This document shows positions 37,716 to 45,772 of a stretch of 55,508 bases of DNA, in pieces. Under the pieces are notes generated by a model. It was given only the letters and a program-made list of their open reading frames with translations, did no database searches and had not been told where the DNA came from. The translations under genes were made by a program, and so were the position numbers. Source of the stretch: Betaproteobacteria bacterium (lineage in GTDB: Bacteria > Pseudomonadota > Gammaproteobacteria > Burkholderiales > SG8-41). The stretch lies in assembly GCA_016868015.1 (NCBI GenBank), contig VGIF01000003.1, positions 1 to 55,508 on the forward strand, read 5' to 3'. The first letter of the stretch is position 1; the number at the start of each line of letters is the position of its first letter.

Positions 37716-37943
37716 GTGTCGTTCCCGCGCAGGCGGGAACCCATAGGGCGTCTCTTGTGGCGACGGAGTTATGGGTTCCCGCCTGCGAGGCTGTTACGAA
37801 ACTCAGAAAAGTTGGGGTACTCAAAAATTTCGACCTCTCAGATCGCGCCAGGATCGACGATTGGCACCTCGGCAATGGTCTGACGACCCCAAAATCAAAC
37901 TTCAAAATGAGTTTCGTAACAGCCTCCTGCGCGGGAACGACAC
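37716..37943. repeat. GTCGTTCCCGC-family REP doublet interrupted by a MITE
   Basis: GTGTCGTTCCCGCGCAGGCGGGAACCCATA ... TATGGGTTCCCGC-CTGC[MITE]CTGC-GCGGGAACGACAC. Confidence 0.9.
37787..37926. mobile_element. 140-bp MITE, IS1182/IS5-like ends
   Basis: Perfect 19-bp TIR GAGGCTGTTACGAAACTCA / TGAGTTTCGTAACAGCCTC; 4-bp target duplication CTGC (37783-37786, 37927-37930). Confidence 0.9.
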
Positions 37944-37996
37944 GATGGTGTTGATACGAAGGCACTACCACTCAATTTCTCATAAGGGCCGTAGTC

Positions 37997-38722
37997 ATGA
38001 ACCCACCCTCCAAATCCGCCATCACCGAACTCGCCTCCACCGGCAAACTGCGCGCGGCGCTTAACATGAGTAACTTCCTGCTCACCGCCAAAGACGCCGC
38101 CGGCGCGCCGATCGGTGTCGCAGCCGACTTGGGCCGCGAACTCGCCCATCGCTTAAGCGTGGCAATCGAACTTGTGCCCTACGCCAGCCCCGGTCTGATT
38201 GCCGACGACGCCGGCAAAAACAAATGGGACGTGGCGTTTATCGGCGCCGAGGCGCAGCGCGCCAACGCAATCGATTTCACGCCGGCGTATGTCGAAATCG
38301 AAGCCACTTATCTCGTGCCGCCGGGCTCGAATCTGCAAACGCCCGCGCAGGTCGATGCCAAAGGTTTACGCATCGCCGTGCCGGAACGCAGCGCGTACGA
38401 GCTGTGGCTCACCCGCAATATCAAAAACGCCGAGCTGGTGCGTTTCAAAGGCGCAGATGCCACGTTCGCCGCGTTTCGCGATCAAAAAATGGATGCGCTC
38501 GCGGGCTTGCGCCCCGGCCTGATTACGAGCCAGGCCAACTACCCCGGCTCGCGCATTATTAACGGCAACTTCACCGCCGTGCAGCAAGCCGCGGGCACGC
38601 CGAAAAATCGGCCCAATGGCTTCGCCTATCTGCTCGAATTCATTGCGGAAATCAAAGCATCGGGCTTGGTGGCGGCGACAATCAAGAAAAACAATGTGGT
38701 GGGGTTGACGGTGGCGGCGTAG
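37997..38722 (+). CDS. SBP_bac_3-like binding protein (no signal peptide visible)
   Basis: 'LASTGKLRAALN..N', 'WDVAF', 'FTPAYVEIEATYLV', 'SAY.L.L.R', 'F.AVQQA'. Confidence 0.82.
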   Translation: MNPPSKSAITELASTGKLRAALNMSNFLLTAKDAAGAPIGVAADLGRELAHRLSVAIELVPYASPGLIADDAGKNKWDVAFIGAEAQRANAIDFTPAYVEIEATYLVPPGSNLQTPAQVDAKGLRIAVPERSAYELWLTRNIKNAELVRFKGADATFAAFRDQKMDALAGLRPGLITSQANYPGSRIINGNFTAVQQAAGTPKNRPNGFAYLLEFIAEIKASGLVAATIKKNNVVGLTVAA

Positions 38723-38737
38723 CGGCGCTTGCGCGCC

Positions 38738-38817
38738 GAGTGTTGAGTGTTGAGTGTTGAGTGACCAACGCTTCCTGTTAACTCAACACCCCCCCTCACG
38801 CCTCACGCCTCACGCCT
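38738..38817. repeat. Opposed heptamer arrays between convergent genes
   Basis: (GAGTGTT)3 GAGTG ... ACTCAACAC ... (CCTCACG)3 CCT. Confidence 0.8.
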
Positions 38818-39807
38818 TCAAAGACCCTTAATCCCCGCCGTCTTAACCACCCGCGTCCACAGCTCGCTCTCGGCTTTGATATGCGCCGCAAACTCGGCGG
38901 GTGAACTGCGCACGGGTTCCGAGCCTTCGGCCAGCAAGCTCTTCGCCATGTCGGGCGCGAGCATGGCTTTGGTGGCTTCGCTCGCCAGGCGATTGACGAT
39001 CGCGGCAGGCGTTTTGGCGGGCGCGATCAAGCCGTACCAATTGACCACCACCACGCCCTTGACGCCCGCTTCAGCAAACGTCGGTGTATTGGGAAGCGCG
39101 GGCACGCGTTTGGCCGGCGTCACCGCAAGCGGGCGCAGCCGCCCGCTGTTGATATGCGCGATCGACGAAATGATCGTCGGGAACGACGATTGCACCTGCC
39201 CGCCGATAAGATCAGTGTACGCCGCGCCCATGCCTTTGTACGGCACATGGGTCATCTGCGTACCCGTGGCGATTTTGAATAACTCGCCGCTCATGTGTAT
39301 GAGGCTGCCAATGCCCGACGAACTGAAATTCACCTTGTCCGGGTTCGCCTTGAGATGTTGCACGAACTCGGCCACCGATTTCGCCGGAATCGACGGGTGC
39401 ACCACCAGCACATAACCTTGCGAAGTCACTTGCGCGATCGGCGCAAAATCGCGCACGATGTCAAAGCGTGATTTGTAGAGCAGCGGGTGCACCACCGTGG
39501 TGGCGCTCAACATCATCAGCGTATGGCCGTCGGGCGCGGCATTGGCCATGATCTCCAGCGCTATTTGACTGCCCGCGCCGGGGCGATTGTCCACCACAAA
39601 ACTTTGGCTGAACGCGTCGGATAATTTCAGCGACAACCCACGCGTCACCGTGTCCATGCCGCCGCCCGCGGCAAGCGGCACCAAGGTGCGCACCGGCCGC
39701 GCCGGGTATTGCTGCGCCTGCGCGCTGCCGATCGCGCTCAGTGCCACAATCAGTGCTGCAATCGGCGATATTACATAAGCATTTGATTTAATTGAATATT
39801 TTTTCAT
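38818..39807 (-). CDS. Bug/TctC receptor
   Basis: 'YPARPVR..VP..AGG..D', 'DNRPGAG', 'HVPYKG'; N-terminus KYSIKSNAY is encoded by the 27-bp motif. Confidence 0.9.
   Translation of the reverse strand: MKKYSIKSNAYVISPIAALIVALSAIGSAQAQQYPARPVRTLVPLAAGGGMDTVTRGLSLKLSDAFSQSFVVDNRPGAGSQIALEIMANAAPDGHTLMMLSATTVVHPLLYKSRFDIVRDFAPIAQVTSQGYVLVVHPSIPAKSVAEFVQHLKANPDKVNFSSSGIGSLIHMSGELFKIATGTQMTHVPYKGMGAAYTDLIGGQVQSSFPTIISSIAHINSGRLRPLAVTPAKRVPALPNTPTFAEAGVKGVVVVNWYGLIAPAKTPAAIVNRLASEATKAMLAPDMAKSLLAEGSEPVRSSPAEFAAHIKAESELWTRVVKTAGIKGL
39776..39802 (-). repeat. 27-bp motif copy 12, inside the first codons of a Bug gene
   Basis: AAAATATTCAATTAAATCAAATGCTTA. Confidence 0.9.
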
Positions 39808-39847
39808 AGTTATCCAGCGCCTCAAAAAAACGAGGCCGCAGGATAAC

Positions 39848-41020
39848 CTAAATCGCGAGATCGAACTTGTTGTAATCGCGAATCACGCGCTCGAAGGTCG
39901 CATCGTTGAAGCGAAACTCGCCTTCGCGCCCCGCGAACGGTTTGTAGTTGAACGGCTTTTCATTCGGAAAATGTTGCCGGCGCGCATCGATCGCGACTTG
40001 GATCACTTGCGCGCGCCGCTCGATGCGCGCTTCGTCGTAGTGCACGCCTTCCTCGCGCACGCTCAACGCGGTGTGCGAGCCCAGCACCGAACGGCGGCGA
40101 TGGAAACCAAAGGTGATCGAAATACGCAAATCGGGCGAGGTGTTGGCGAACGAGCCGTGCAGCGTTTGGCGATTGACGATGGTGACGTCACCCGGCTTGC
40201 AAATCAGCGGCAGCGCGCCCGGCAGTTGTTCGCTGCCGTCGTTGGCTTGCACCATACCCTTGATGTCGGCCTTACCTTTTTTGTGCGTGCCGGGTATCAC
40301 CCACAGCGCGTTGCCCACCGTGGTCGGATAGATTTGCACCTGGTAATTAAAGCCGTGCGTGCCTTCGTCCCACGCCGGCGAATTCCAGTGCGTAACACCA
40401 TCCTGATGCCACGATACCGAGCCGCCGAGCCCCGGCTGCTTGACAAAGATCACGTCGTTAAACGGCACAAAGTCCTCGCCATTCACCGACGCGGCGATGC
40501 CTAACAGCGTCGGATGGCCATACACGCGTAATCCCGCCGGCATGTGCATGCACATGCGCCGCATGCGATACACCACATACGCCGGCGCGTCCGAGTCGGG
40601 TGTGGGCTCCGCCATTTTGCTCGGATGACGGCCGCCGAAAATGCCGCTGCCGCCGGATGGGTCGGACAGCGGTTTGATGATGGTGAAGGTCTCGCGCAAG
40701 CCATCCTTGCCGATCGCGGGCCGGCCTTTGGCATCGACTTCGGCACCCGGCGCCACCGGCGCGCGCTCTAGCATGTTGGCGGCGTCGCGGCGCAGTTCTT
40801 CCACTTCTTCCGGCGACACCACATTTTCGAAAATGTAGTAGCCGTGCTTCCAGTACGCATCAAGGATGTCTTGATGCAGTTTGCCGCTGGCATCGAAACG
40901 CGCGGGGCCGCGGCTGTTGATCTCGTTGGCGAGGTTCAAACCGGCCGCTTGATACGCCGCCATGCCTTGCGCGTGCTGCGCGCGGGTGAGTGTGCTGTTG
41001 GGTTCGAGGACGGTGCTCAT
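39848..41020 (-). CDS. Phytanoyl-CoA dioxygenase (PhyH) family Fe(II)/2OG enzyme
   Basis: 'K.PG.GG.V.WHQDG', 'LWVIPGTH', 'HGSFAN.S...R'; GGAGG SD before ATG 41020. Confidence 0.88.
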   Translation of the reverse strand: MSTVLEPNSTLTRAQHAQGMAAYQAAGLNLANEINSRGPARFDASGKLHQDILDAYWKHGYYIFENVVSPEEVEELRRDAANMLERAPVAPGAEVDAKGRPAIGKDGLRETFTIIKPLSDPSGGSGIFGGRHPSKMAEPTPDSDAPAYVVYRMRRMCMHMPAGLRVYGHPTLLGIAASVNGEDFVPFNDVIFVKQPGLGGSVSWHQDGVTHWNSPAWDEGTHGFNYQVQIYPTTVGNALWVIPGTHKKGKADIKGMVQANDGSEQLPGALPLICKPGDVTIVNRQTLHGSFANTSPDLRISITFGFHRRRSVLGSHTALSVREEGVHYDEARIERRAQVIQVAIDARRQHFPNEKPFNYKPFAGREGEFRFNDATFERVIRDYNKFDLAI

Positions 41021-41126
41021 GCTGGGCCTCCAAGGGATGTCGATAACGCATCGTAGAACAAAGTTTGCACCATGGCAAAAGTTGCTACCATTCGTGTGGC
41101 GACTTTCACAACCACGGAGGCCCAAC

Positions 41127-42086
41127 ATGCGTCGAACACTGGTCATCGCCCTAGCTTGCAGCGTATTGCCCGTGTCCGCGCTGGCACAATCGTATCCGAC
41201 AAAGCCGCCGCGCCTGCTGGTATCCGACTCTCCCGGCGGGCTCGCCGACACCATCGCGCGCATCATCGCCAATGGCTGGAGCGAGGTCATCGGCCAGCGT
41301 GTGATCATCGAAAATCGCGCCGGCGCGGCGAGCAATATCGGCGCGCTGGTCGCGGCGAAATCTGCGCCCGACGGCTACACCATTTATCAAATACCGCAAA
41401 CATTGGCGGTCAACGCCACGCTCTACACCAATTTGCAATACGACATATTCCGCGATTTTTTGCCGATCATGCGCACCGGCAGTTCACCCGCGATGGTGGT
41501 GGTACACCCGTCGCTGCCGGCGAAAAACATTCCCGAACTGGTGAAACTCGCCAAAGCACGGCCGGGCGAACTGCGTTTCGCGTCTGCCGGCACCGGCGCG
41601 CCGACGTTCATGGCGGGTGAACTCTTCAAGAAAATCGCGGGCGTGAACCTGCAGCACGTACCGTACCGCGGCGGCGGCGAAGCGATCACCGCGGTGATGA
41701 CGGGTGAAACGCCGGTTTATTTCGCGCCGCTGCCTGTGGCCAAAGCGCATGTCGAATCGGGCCGCTTGCGGGCAATCGGCGTCAGCAGTCTTGCGCGCGT
41801 GTCGAGCATGCCAGGGTTGGCCAAGGTGGCCGAGCAAGGTTATCCCACTTACGAAACCGGTTTTTGGTACGGCCTAGTGGTGCCGGCGAAAACGCCGCGC
41901 GAGGTGATCATGAGCATCAACGCCGCCGTGAAAAAAACGCTGGTCTTGCCCGATGTGGCCCGGCGTTTGAGCGAGGTGTCGTTCACCACCGTGGGCGATC
42001 AGCCCGAAGACTTCGCCGCGTTTCTGCGCGGGGAAGTCGATAAGTGGGGCAAAATCGTGAAGGAACTTGGGCTCAAAGCGAATTAA
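41127..42086 (+). CDS. Bug/TctC receptor
   Basis: GGAGG SD; 'YPTKP', 'ENRAGA', 'PDGYT', 'HVPYRG'. Confidence 0.92.
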   Translation: MRRTLVIALACSVLPVSALAQSYPTKPPRLLVSDSPGGLADTIARIIANGWSEVIGQRVIIENRAGAASNIGALVAAKSAPDGYTIYQIPQTLAVNATLYTNLQYDIFRDFLPIMRTGSSPAMVVVHPSLPAKNIPELVKLAKARPGELRFASAGTGAPTFMAGELFKKIAGVNLQHVPYRGGGEAITAVMTGETPVYFAPLPVAKAHVESGRLRAIGVSSLARVSSMPGLAKVAEQGYPTYETGFWYGLVVPAKTPREVIMSINAAVKKTLVLPDVARRLSEVSFTTVGDQPEDFAAFLRGEVDKWGKIVKELGLKAN

Positions 42087-42111
42087 ACGGATTCATCACT
42101 GGAGAAAAGCC

Positions 42112-42591
42112 ATGCACAAAGACATCAAAAAAATCAAACCTACCATGCGCATCGTCAACCGCAACAAGGTGAAAGACACACCGGGCATCATCAAGCACCA
42201 AACCGTGCGCCCGCTGTGCGGCACCAAGCAGTTTCCGAGCGAACGCATCCGCGTCGGGGTGGCGCAGTTCAAGCCCGACATCCACGAGCATTTGCACTGG
42301 CACCCGATCGAGGTTTTCTATTACGTGCTAAAAGGCAGCGCCACCGTGTTCGATTTGCACGGCAAACAATACAAAGTTTCCGCCGGCGATTCGCTTTACG
42401 CGCCGGCGGGGCTTGCCGGTTCGCACGAATGGAAAATCGGGCCGAATGGCCTGGAGCTGCTATCGATCCGCGCCACCAACGCGGGACATCGCCGCATGCA
42501 GTTCACGGTGAATCGCGACAGCGGGGAGTCGGTGATCGATATGCATGAACTGGGGCGGATGGATGCGATTGCGTTTGAATCGCATTACTAA
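42112..42591 (+). CDS. Cupin domain protein
   Basis: 'HEHLHWHPIEVFYYVLKG', 'GDSLYAPAG..GSH'; GGAG SD. Confidence 0.85.
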   Translation: MHKDIKKIKPTMRIVNRNKVKDTPGIIKHQTVRPLCGTKQFPSERIRVGVAQFKPDIHEHLHWHPIEVFYYVLKGSATVFDLHGKQYKVSAGDSLYAPAGLAGSHEWKIGPNGLELLSIRATNAGHRRMQFTVNRDSGESVIDMHELGRMDAIAFESHY

Positions 42592-42620
42592 CGTAGAACG
42601 CCAGCAACGGATACATCTCT

Positions 42621-42703
42621 CTGTCGTTCCCGCGAAGGCGGGAACCCATAACGCAGCAGCACTTGAGACACCCCATGGGTTCCCGCCTTCGCGGGAACGA
42701 CAG
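42621..42703. repeat. Intact GTCGTTCCCGC-family REP doublet
   Basis: CTGTCGTTCCCGCGAAGGCGGGAACCCAT ... ATGGGTTCCCGCCTTCGCGGGAACGACAG, perfect 29-bp inverted pair. Confidence 0.92.
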
Positions 42704-42741
42704 CGATATTTTTTCGTTTTACCGAGCACCGCTCGAAGCAA

Positions 42742-43479
42742 TCAATCCCGCGGCGGCCGCGGCCAAGGCGCCACATACCCCTGCGGCGCCGTTCCCGGCG
42801 GCGGCCCGTCCTCGCCGGAGATGCCCAACGCCGGTTGGCTCCAACCCTCGCGCGCGCGCCAGCCGGGATATTTGGTGACGATGTTGCGCCAGCGTCCACC
42901 CGTGTCGTAGCCCAAAGGCTTGTCGGAATATTTTTTCGCCCAACGCTCGCGCAAACCCACGCCGGTTTGGTACCGCCCCACCCGAAAAATCCAGCCATAC
43001 AAAGTTTGCCCGCGCCAGCCGGCATCCTTGATGCGCGGCCAATGTTCGTCGGCGGCTTTGATGTTGTCGCGGTAATCGAGCTTCCACAACTCGCGGCCGA
43101 GAATGTCGCCGAAGATGAACAAGCGCCCATCGACGATTTCAAACTCCGTCGGGTCGGAGCCGAGCTTTAACGCATACGGCGCGCCGTTGGAGCAAAAGCC
43201 GCCGTACTGCGGCTCGTATTTCGCCGGCGCTTCGCGGAACATCGCGCGGTGTTTTTCGTTTAAGAAGTAGTAGGTCTTGCCCTCAAACGTTTCGGCCATC
43301 TCTGGAAAACCGCGCATGGGTTTGCCCATGGTGTGATAGGCCACCGGGTCGTGGCCCAGCAGCATGAGGTCGCGGCCGGATTTGTCTTTCACCGTCGCGT
43401 TGGGGGTGCCGCAGCCTTGGAGGAGTGCGGCACTTAACAACAAGGTCAGCAGGTAGAGGAAGCGTATCGGGAAAGTCAC
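42742..43479 (-). CDS. YHS-domain lipoprotein (Cys form)
   Basis: Lipobox 'LQGC'; 'GHDPVAY', 'YYF.....R.MF...P.KYEPQYGGFC'. Confidence 0.85.
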   Translation of the reverse strand: MTFPIRFLYLLTLLLSAALLQGCGTPNATVKDKSGRDLMLLGHDPVAYHTMGKPMRGFPEMAETFEGKTYYFLNEKHRAMFREAPAKYEPQYGGFCSNGAPYALKLGSDPTEFEIVDGRLFIFGDILGRELWKLDYRDNIKAADEHWPRIKDAGWRGQTLYGWIFRVGRYQTGVGLRERWAKKYSDKPLGYDTGGRWRNIVTKYPGWRAREGWSQPALGISGEDGPPPGTAPQGYVAPWPRPPRD

Positions 43480-43510
43480 AAAAGCTCTTTTGACTTCGAA
43501 CGCGCGTTAG

Positions 43511-43612
43511 CTCTCCCCTACCCCTCTCCCGCTCGCGGGAGAGGGGGGCCTTGCCACGACGCACGCCGTATTCTCCCCTCGCCCCCTTGCGGGAGAGAGG
43601 CGGGGAAGAGGG
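43511..43612. repeat. CCCTCTCCC/GGGAGAGGG palindromic repeat doublet
   Basis: CCCCTCTCCCGCTCGCGGGAGAGGGG ... CCCCTCGCCCCCTTGCGGGAGAGAGG. Confidence 0.8.
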
Positions 43613-43635
43613 AACAACTGCGCTCAGCGTTGCCA

Positions 43636-44616
43636 CTAAACCTGCAACGCAAACTTCTGAAACGTGTGGCAATCCTCCGGCGCGCGGCCGCGGCTTACCG
43701 CGAACGTCCACGTCACTTCGCTCACGTAAATGTCGTTCTTGGAATCCAGCGCCAGGCCATGCGGCGCGGCAAAACTCCCTGGCGCGGTGCAAACCGGCGT
43801 GCCCCAGCGCGCAAGCAGCTTGCCCTTCGGGTCGAAAATCGAAAAGCGCGCGTGGCGCATCTTGGTAACGGGCGCACCGAGGCTGAACGAGTAGTCTCCC
43901 TCGTGCCACGCGAGTTCGGTCACATAGACATTGCCTTGGGCATCGAAGGTCAAATGCGTCGGGCGTTGGGTGTCGGTCCACTGCTCTAAAAATTCGCCAT
44001 CGGGGCTGAAAATTTGGATGCGGTCGATTTCGCGGTCGCACACCCACACGCGGCCGTCGGCCGAACACGCGATGCCGTGCGGCAAACGGAATTGCCCTGG
44101 GCCATTGCCGGGCTCGCCCCACGAGCGCACCAGTTGCCCCGTCGGCGAAAAAATATGCACGCGCGCGTTGCCGTAACCGTCAGTGATGTAAATTTGGCCT
44201 TTCGCGCCGATCGCGACGTTGGTCGGGCGATTAAACGGCGGGCCGCCACGCTTGATCGAGCCGGTGGTTTTGCCGTCGTAGCCGGTGTCCGACGGCGTAT
44301 TCAGCGTGCCCATGGTCATCAGCAGTTTGCCTTCGGGCGTGAACTGGCGCACGGTGTGGTTGCCGTCGTCGGTGGCGAAGATGGTGCCGTTGGGCGCGAC
44401 GTAAATGCCATGCGTGCGCATCGTAAACTCGCCCTTGCCCCAGGTGCCTTTGTAGTTGCCCTGGCGGTCGTAAATGATCACCGGCGCTTCGCCGCGGCAC
44501 ATCAAATACACGCGGTCTTCCTGATCGCACGCGACACCCGCCACGTCGCGATGCGCAAAACCCTTGGGCAGTTGTTCCCAGCCTTCGACGACTTTGTACT
44601 GGATTTGATCGGCCAT
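43636..44616 (-). CDS. NHL-repeat beta-propeller (peptidyl-alpha-hydroxyglycine lyase-like)
   Basis: 'HGI', 'FNRPTNVA', 'DGYGNARV..F', 'GPGQF.LPHGI', 'DRE..RIQIF'. Confidence 0.88.
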   Translation of the reverse strand: MADQIQYKVVEGWEQLPKGFAHRDVAGVACDQEDRVYLMCRGEAPVIIYDRQGNYKGTWGKGEFTMRTHGIYVAPNGTIFATDDGNHTVRQFTPEGKLLMTMGTLNTPSDTGYDGKTTGSIKRGGPPFNRPTNVAIGAKGQIYITDGYGNARVHIFSPTGQLVRSWGEPGNGPGQFRLPHGIACSADGRVWVCDREIDRIQIFSPDGEFLEQWTDTQRPTHLTFDAQGNVYVTELAWHEGDYSFSLGAPVTKMRHARFSIFDPKGKLLARWGTPVCTAPGSFAAPHGLALDSKNDIYVSEVTWTFAVSRGRAPEDCHTFQKFALQV

Positions 44617-44640
44617 GACGGTCTCCTGATGATGGAAGGT

Positions 44641-45051
44641 TCAGCGGTTATTCACAGCATAACGCCCCGGCCCGATCAGCGCGACCACCAGTCCGCATAT
44701 CAGAAAAAACGCTTGCAGTTCGAGCGCCCAGCCGCCGGTTTTAGTGAGATCGAGAAATTGTTTGGAATGCGCGAGCGCAACGGCGAACACCATGTTGATC
44801 GCGATGATCACGCCGCCCACGCGCGCATACCAGCCCAACAGCAACAACAACGGCGCCAGCACCTCGCCGATGTAAACGCCATAGGCCAGCCACGCCGGCA
44901 AGCCCGCGCCGGTGAGCATGCCTTCGATGCCGCTAACCCCGTTGCGGATTTTGGCGTAGCCGTGAAACAGCATCAGCAGCGCCAGTGTCACGCGCAACAT
45001 CAGCTTGCCGGCGTCGTCAGCGGCGCTGCCGCCTCTTCTGGATTGAGCCAT
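44641..45051 (-). CDS. DoxX family membrane protein
   Basis: 'LRV.L.LLMLFHG..K', 'GEV.AP', 'GGWALELQ', 'GPGRY'. Confidence 0.9.
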   Translation of the reverse strand: MAQSRRGGSAADDAGKLMLRVTLALLMLFHGYAKIRNGVSGIEGMLTGAGLPAWLAYGVYIGEVLAPLLLLLGWYARVGGVIIAINMVFAVALAHSKQFLDLTKTGGWALELQAFFLICGLVVALIGPGRYAVNNR

Positions 45052-45062
45052 TCGGCTAATCC

Positions 45063-45695
45063 CTATTTACGCGCCTCGGCCAGCAGCGCCATGCCGCGCT
45101 GCACCGCGGGCCGCGCGAGTATGCCTTCGTACCAGCGCTGCATATGCGGATACAACGCCATATCGACGCCGCGCCGCTCCGGGTTGGCGACCCACGGCCA
45201 GGTGGCGATGTCGGCAATGGTGTAACGCTCGCCCACCAGATACTCGCTTTGCGCAAGGCGCTGGTTCAACACCTTGTGCAAGCGATTCACTTCGTTGGTA
45301 AAGCGCTCGATCGCGTAGGGACTTTTTTCCTTGGCGGCGTTGCGAAAGTGCCCTGCTTGGCCGAACATCGGCCCCACCGCGCTCATCTGGAACATCAGCC
45401 ATTGCAGCGTGGTGTATTTCGCCGATGGTTCGTACGGCAAAAACTTGCCGGATTTTTCCGCGAGATAAATCAAAATCGCGCCCGACTCGAACAATGCAAA
45501 CGGCTTGTCGCCCGGCCCGTTGCGATCCACGATCGCCGGGATCTTGCCGTTGGGATTGATCTTCAAAAACTCCGGCTGCAACTGATCGCCCACCTGCGTG
45601 TTCACCGCATGCACGGTATAGGGCAAGCCGGTTTCTTCCAGCATGATGTTGACTTTGCGTCCGTTGGGGGTGGGCCAAGTGTAGAGGTCTATCAT
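45063..45695 (-). CDS. Glutathione S-transferase (YfcG/nu-class-like)
   Basis: 'MIDLYTWPTPNG', 'INPNGKIPAIVD', 'FESGAILIYLA', 'YTIADIATWPW'. Confidence 0.93.
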   Translation of the reverse strand: MIDLYTWPTPNGRKVNIMLEETGLPYTVHAVNTQVGDQLQPEFLKINPNGKIPAIVDRNGPGDKPFALFESGAILIYLAEKSGKFLPYEPSAKYTTLQWLMFQMSAVGPMFGQAGHFRNAAKEKSPYAIERFTNEVNRLHKVLNQRLAQSEYLVGERYTIADIATWPWVANPERRGVDMALYPHMQRWYEGILARPAVQRGMALLAEARK

Positions 45696-45722
45696 AAAAT
45701 ATTTAATAAAATCATATAGTTA
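45696..45722 (+). repeat. 27-bp motif copy 13, abutting the GST start codon on the opposite strand
   Basis: AAAATATTTAATAAAATCATATAGTTA; REP half 8 bp downstream. Confidence 0.8.
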
Positions 45723-45730
45723 TATTACTT

Positions 45731-45755
45731 CCGTTCGCCCTGAGCTTGTCGAAGG
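45731..45755 (+). repeat. REP half CCGTTCGCCCTGAGCTTGTCGAAGG
   Basis: Exact 25-bp reverse complement of 49047-49071. Confidence 0.88.
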
Positions 45756-45772
45756 AAGAACGCAGATTGGTG

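Noticed and set aside
37696-38064. Short ORFs across the REP/MITE region
   Set aside because: They are translations of palindromic repeats; no transposase motif.
42742-43479. YHS protein as a selenoprotein
   Set aside because: The ORF has Cys (GGFCSNG) and no in-frame TGA.
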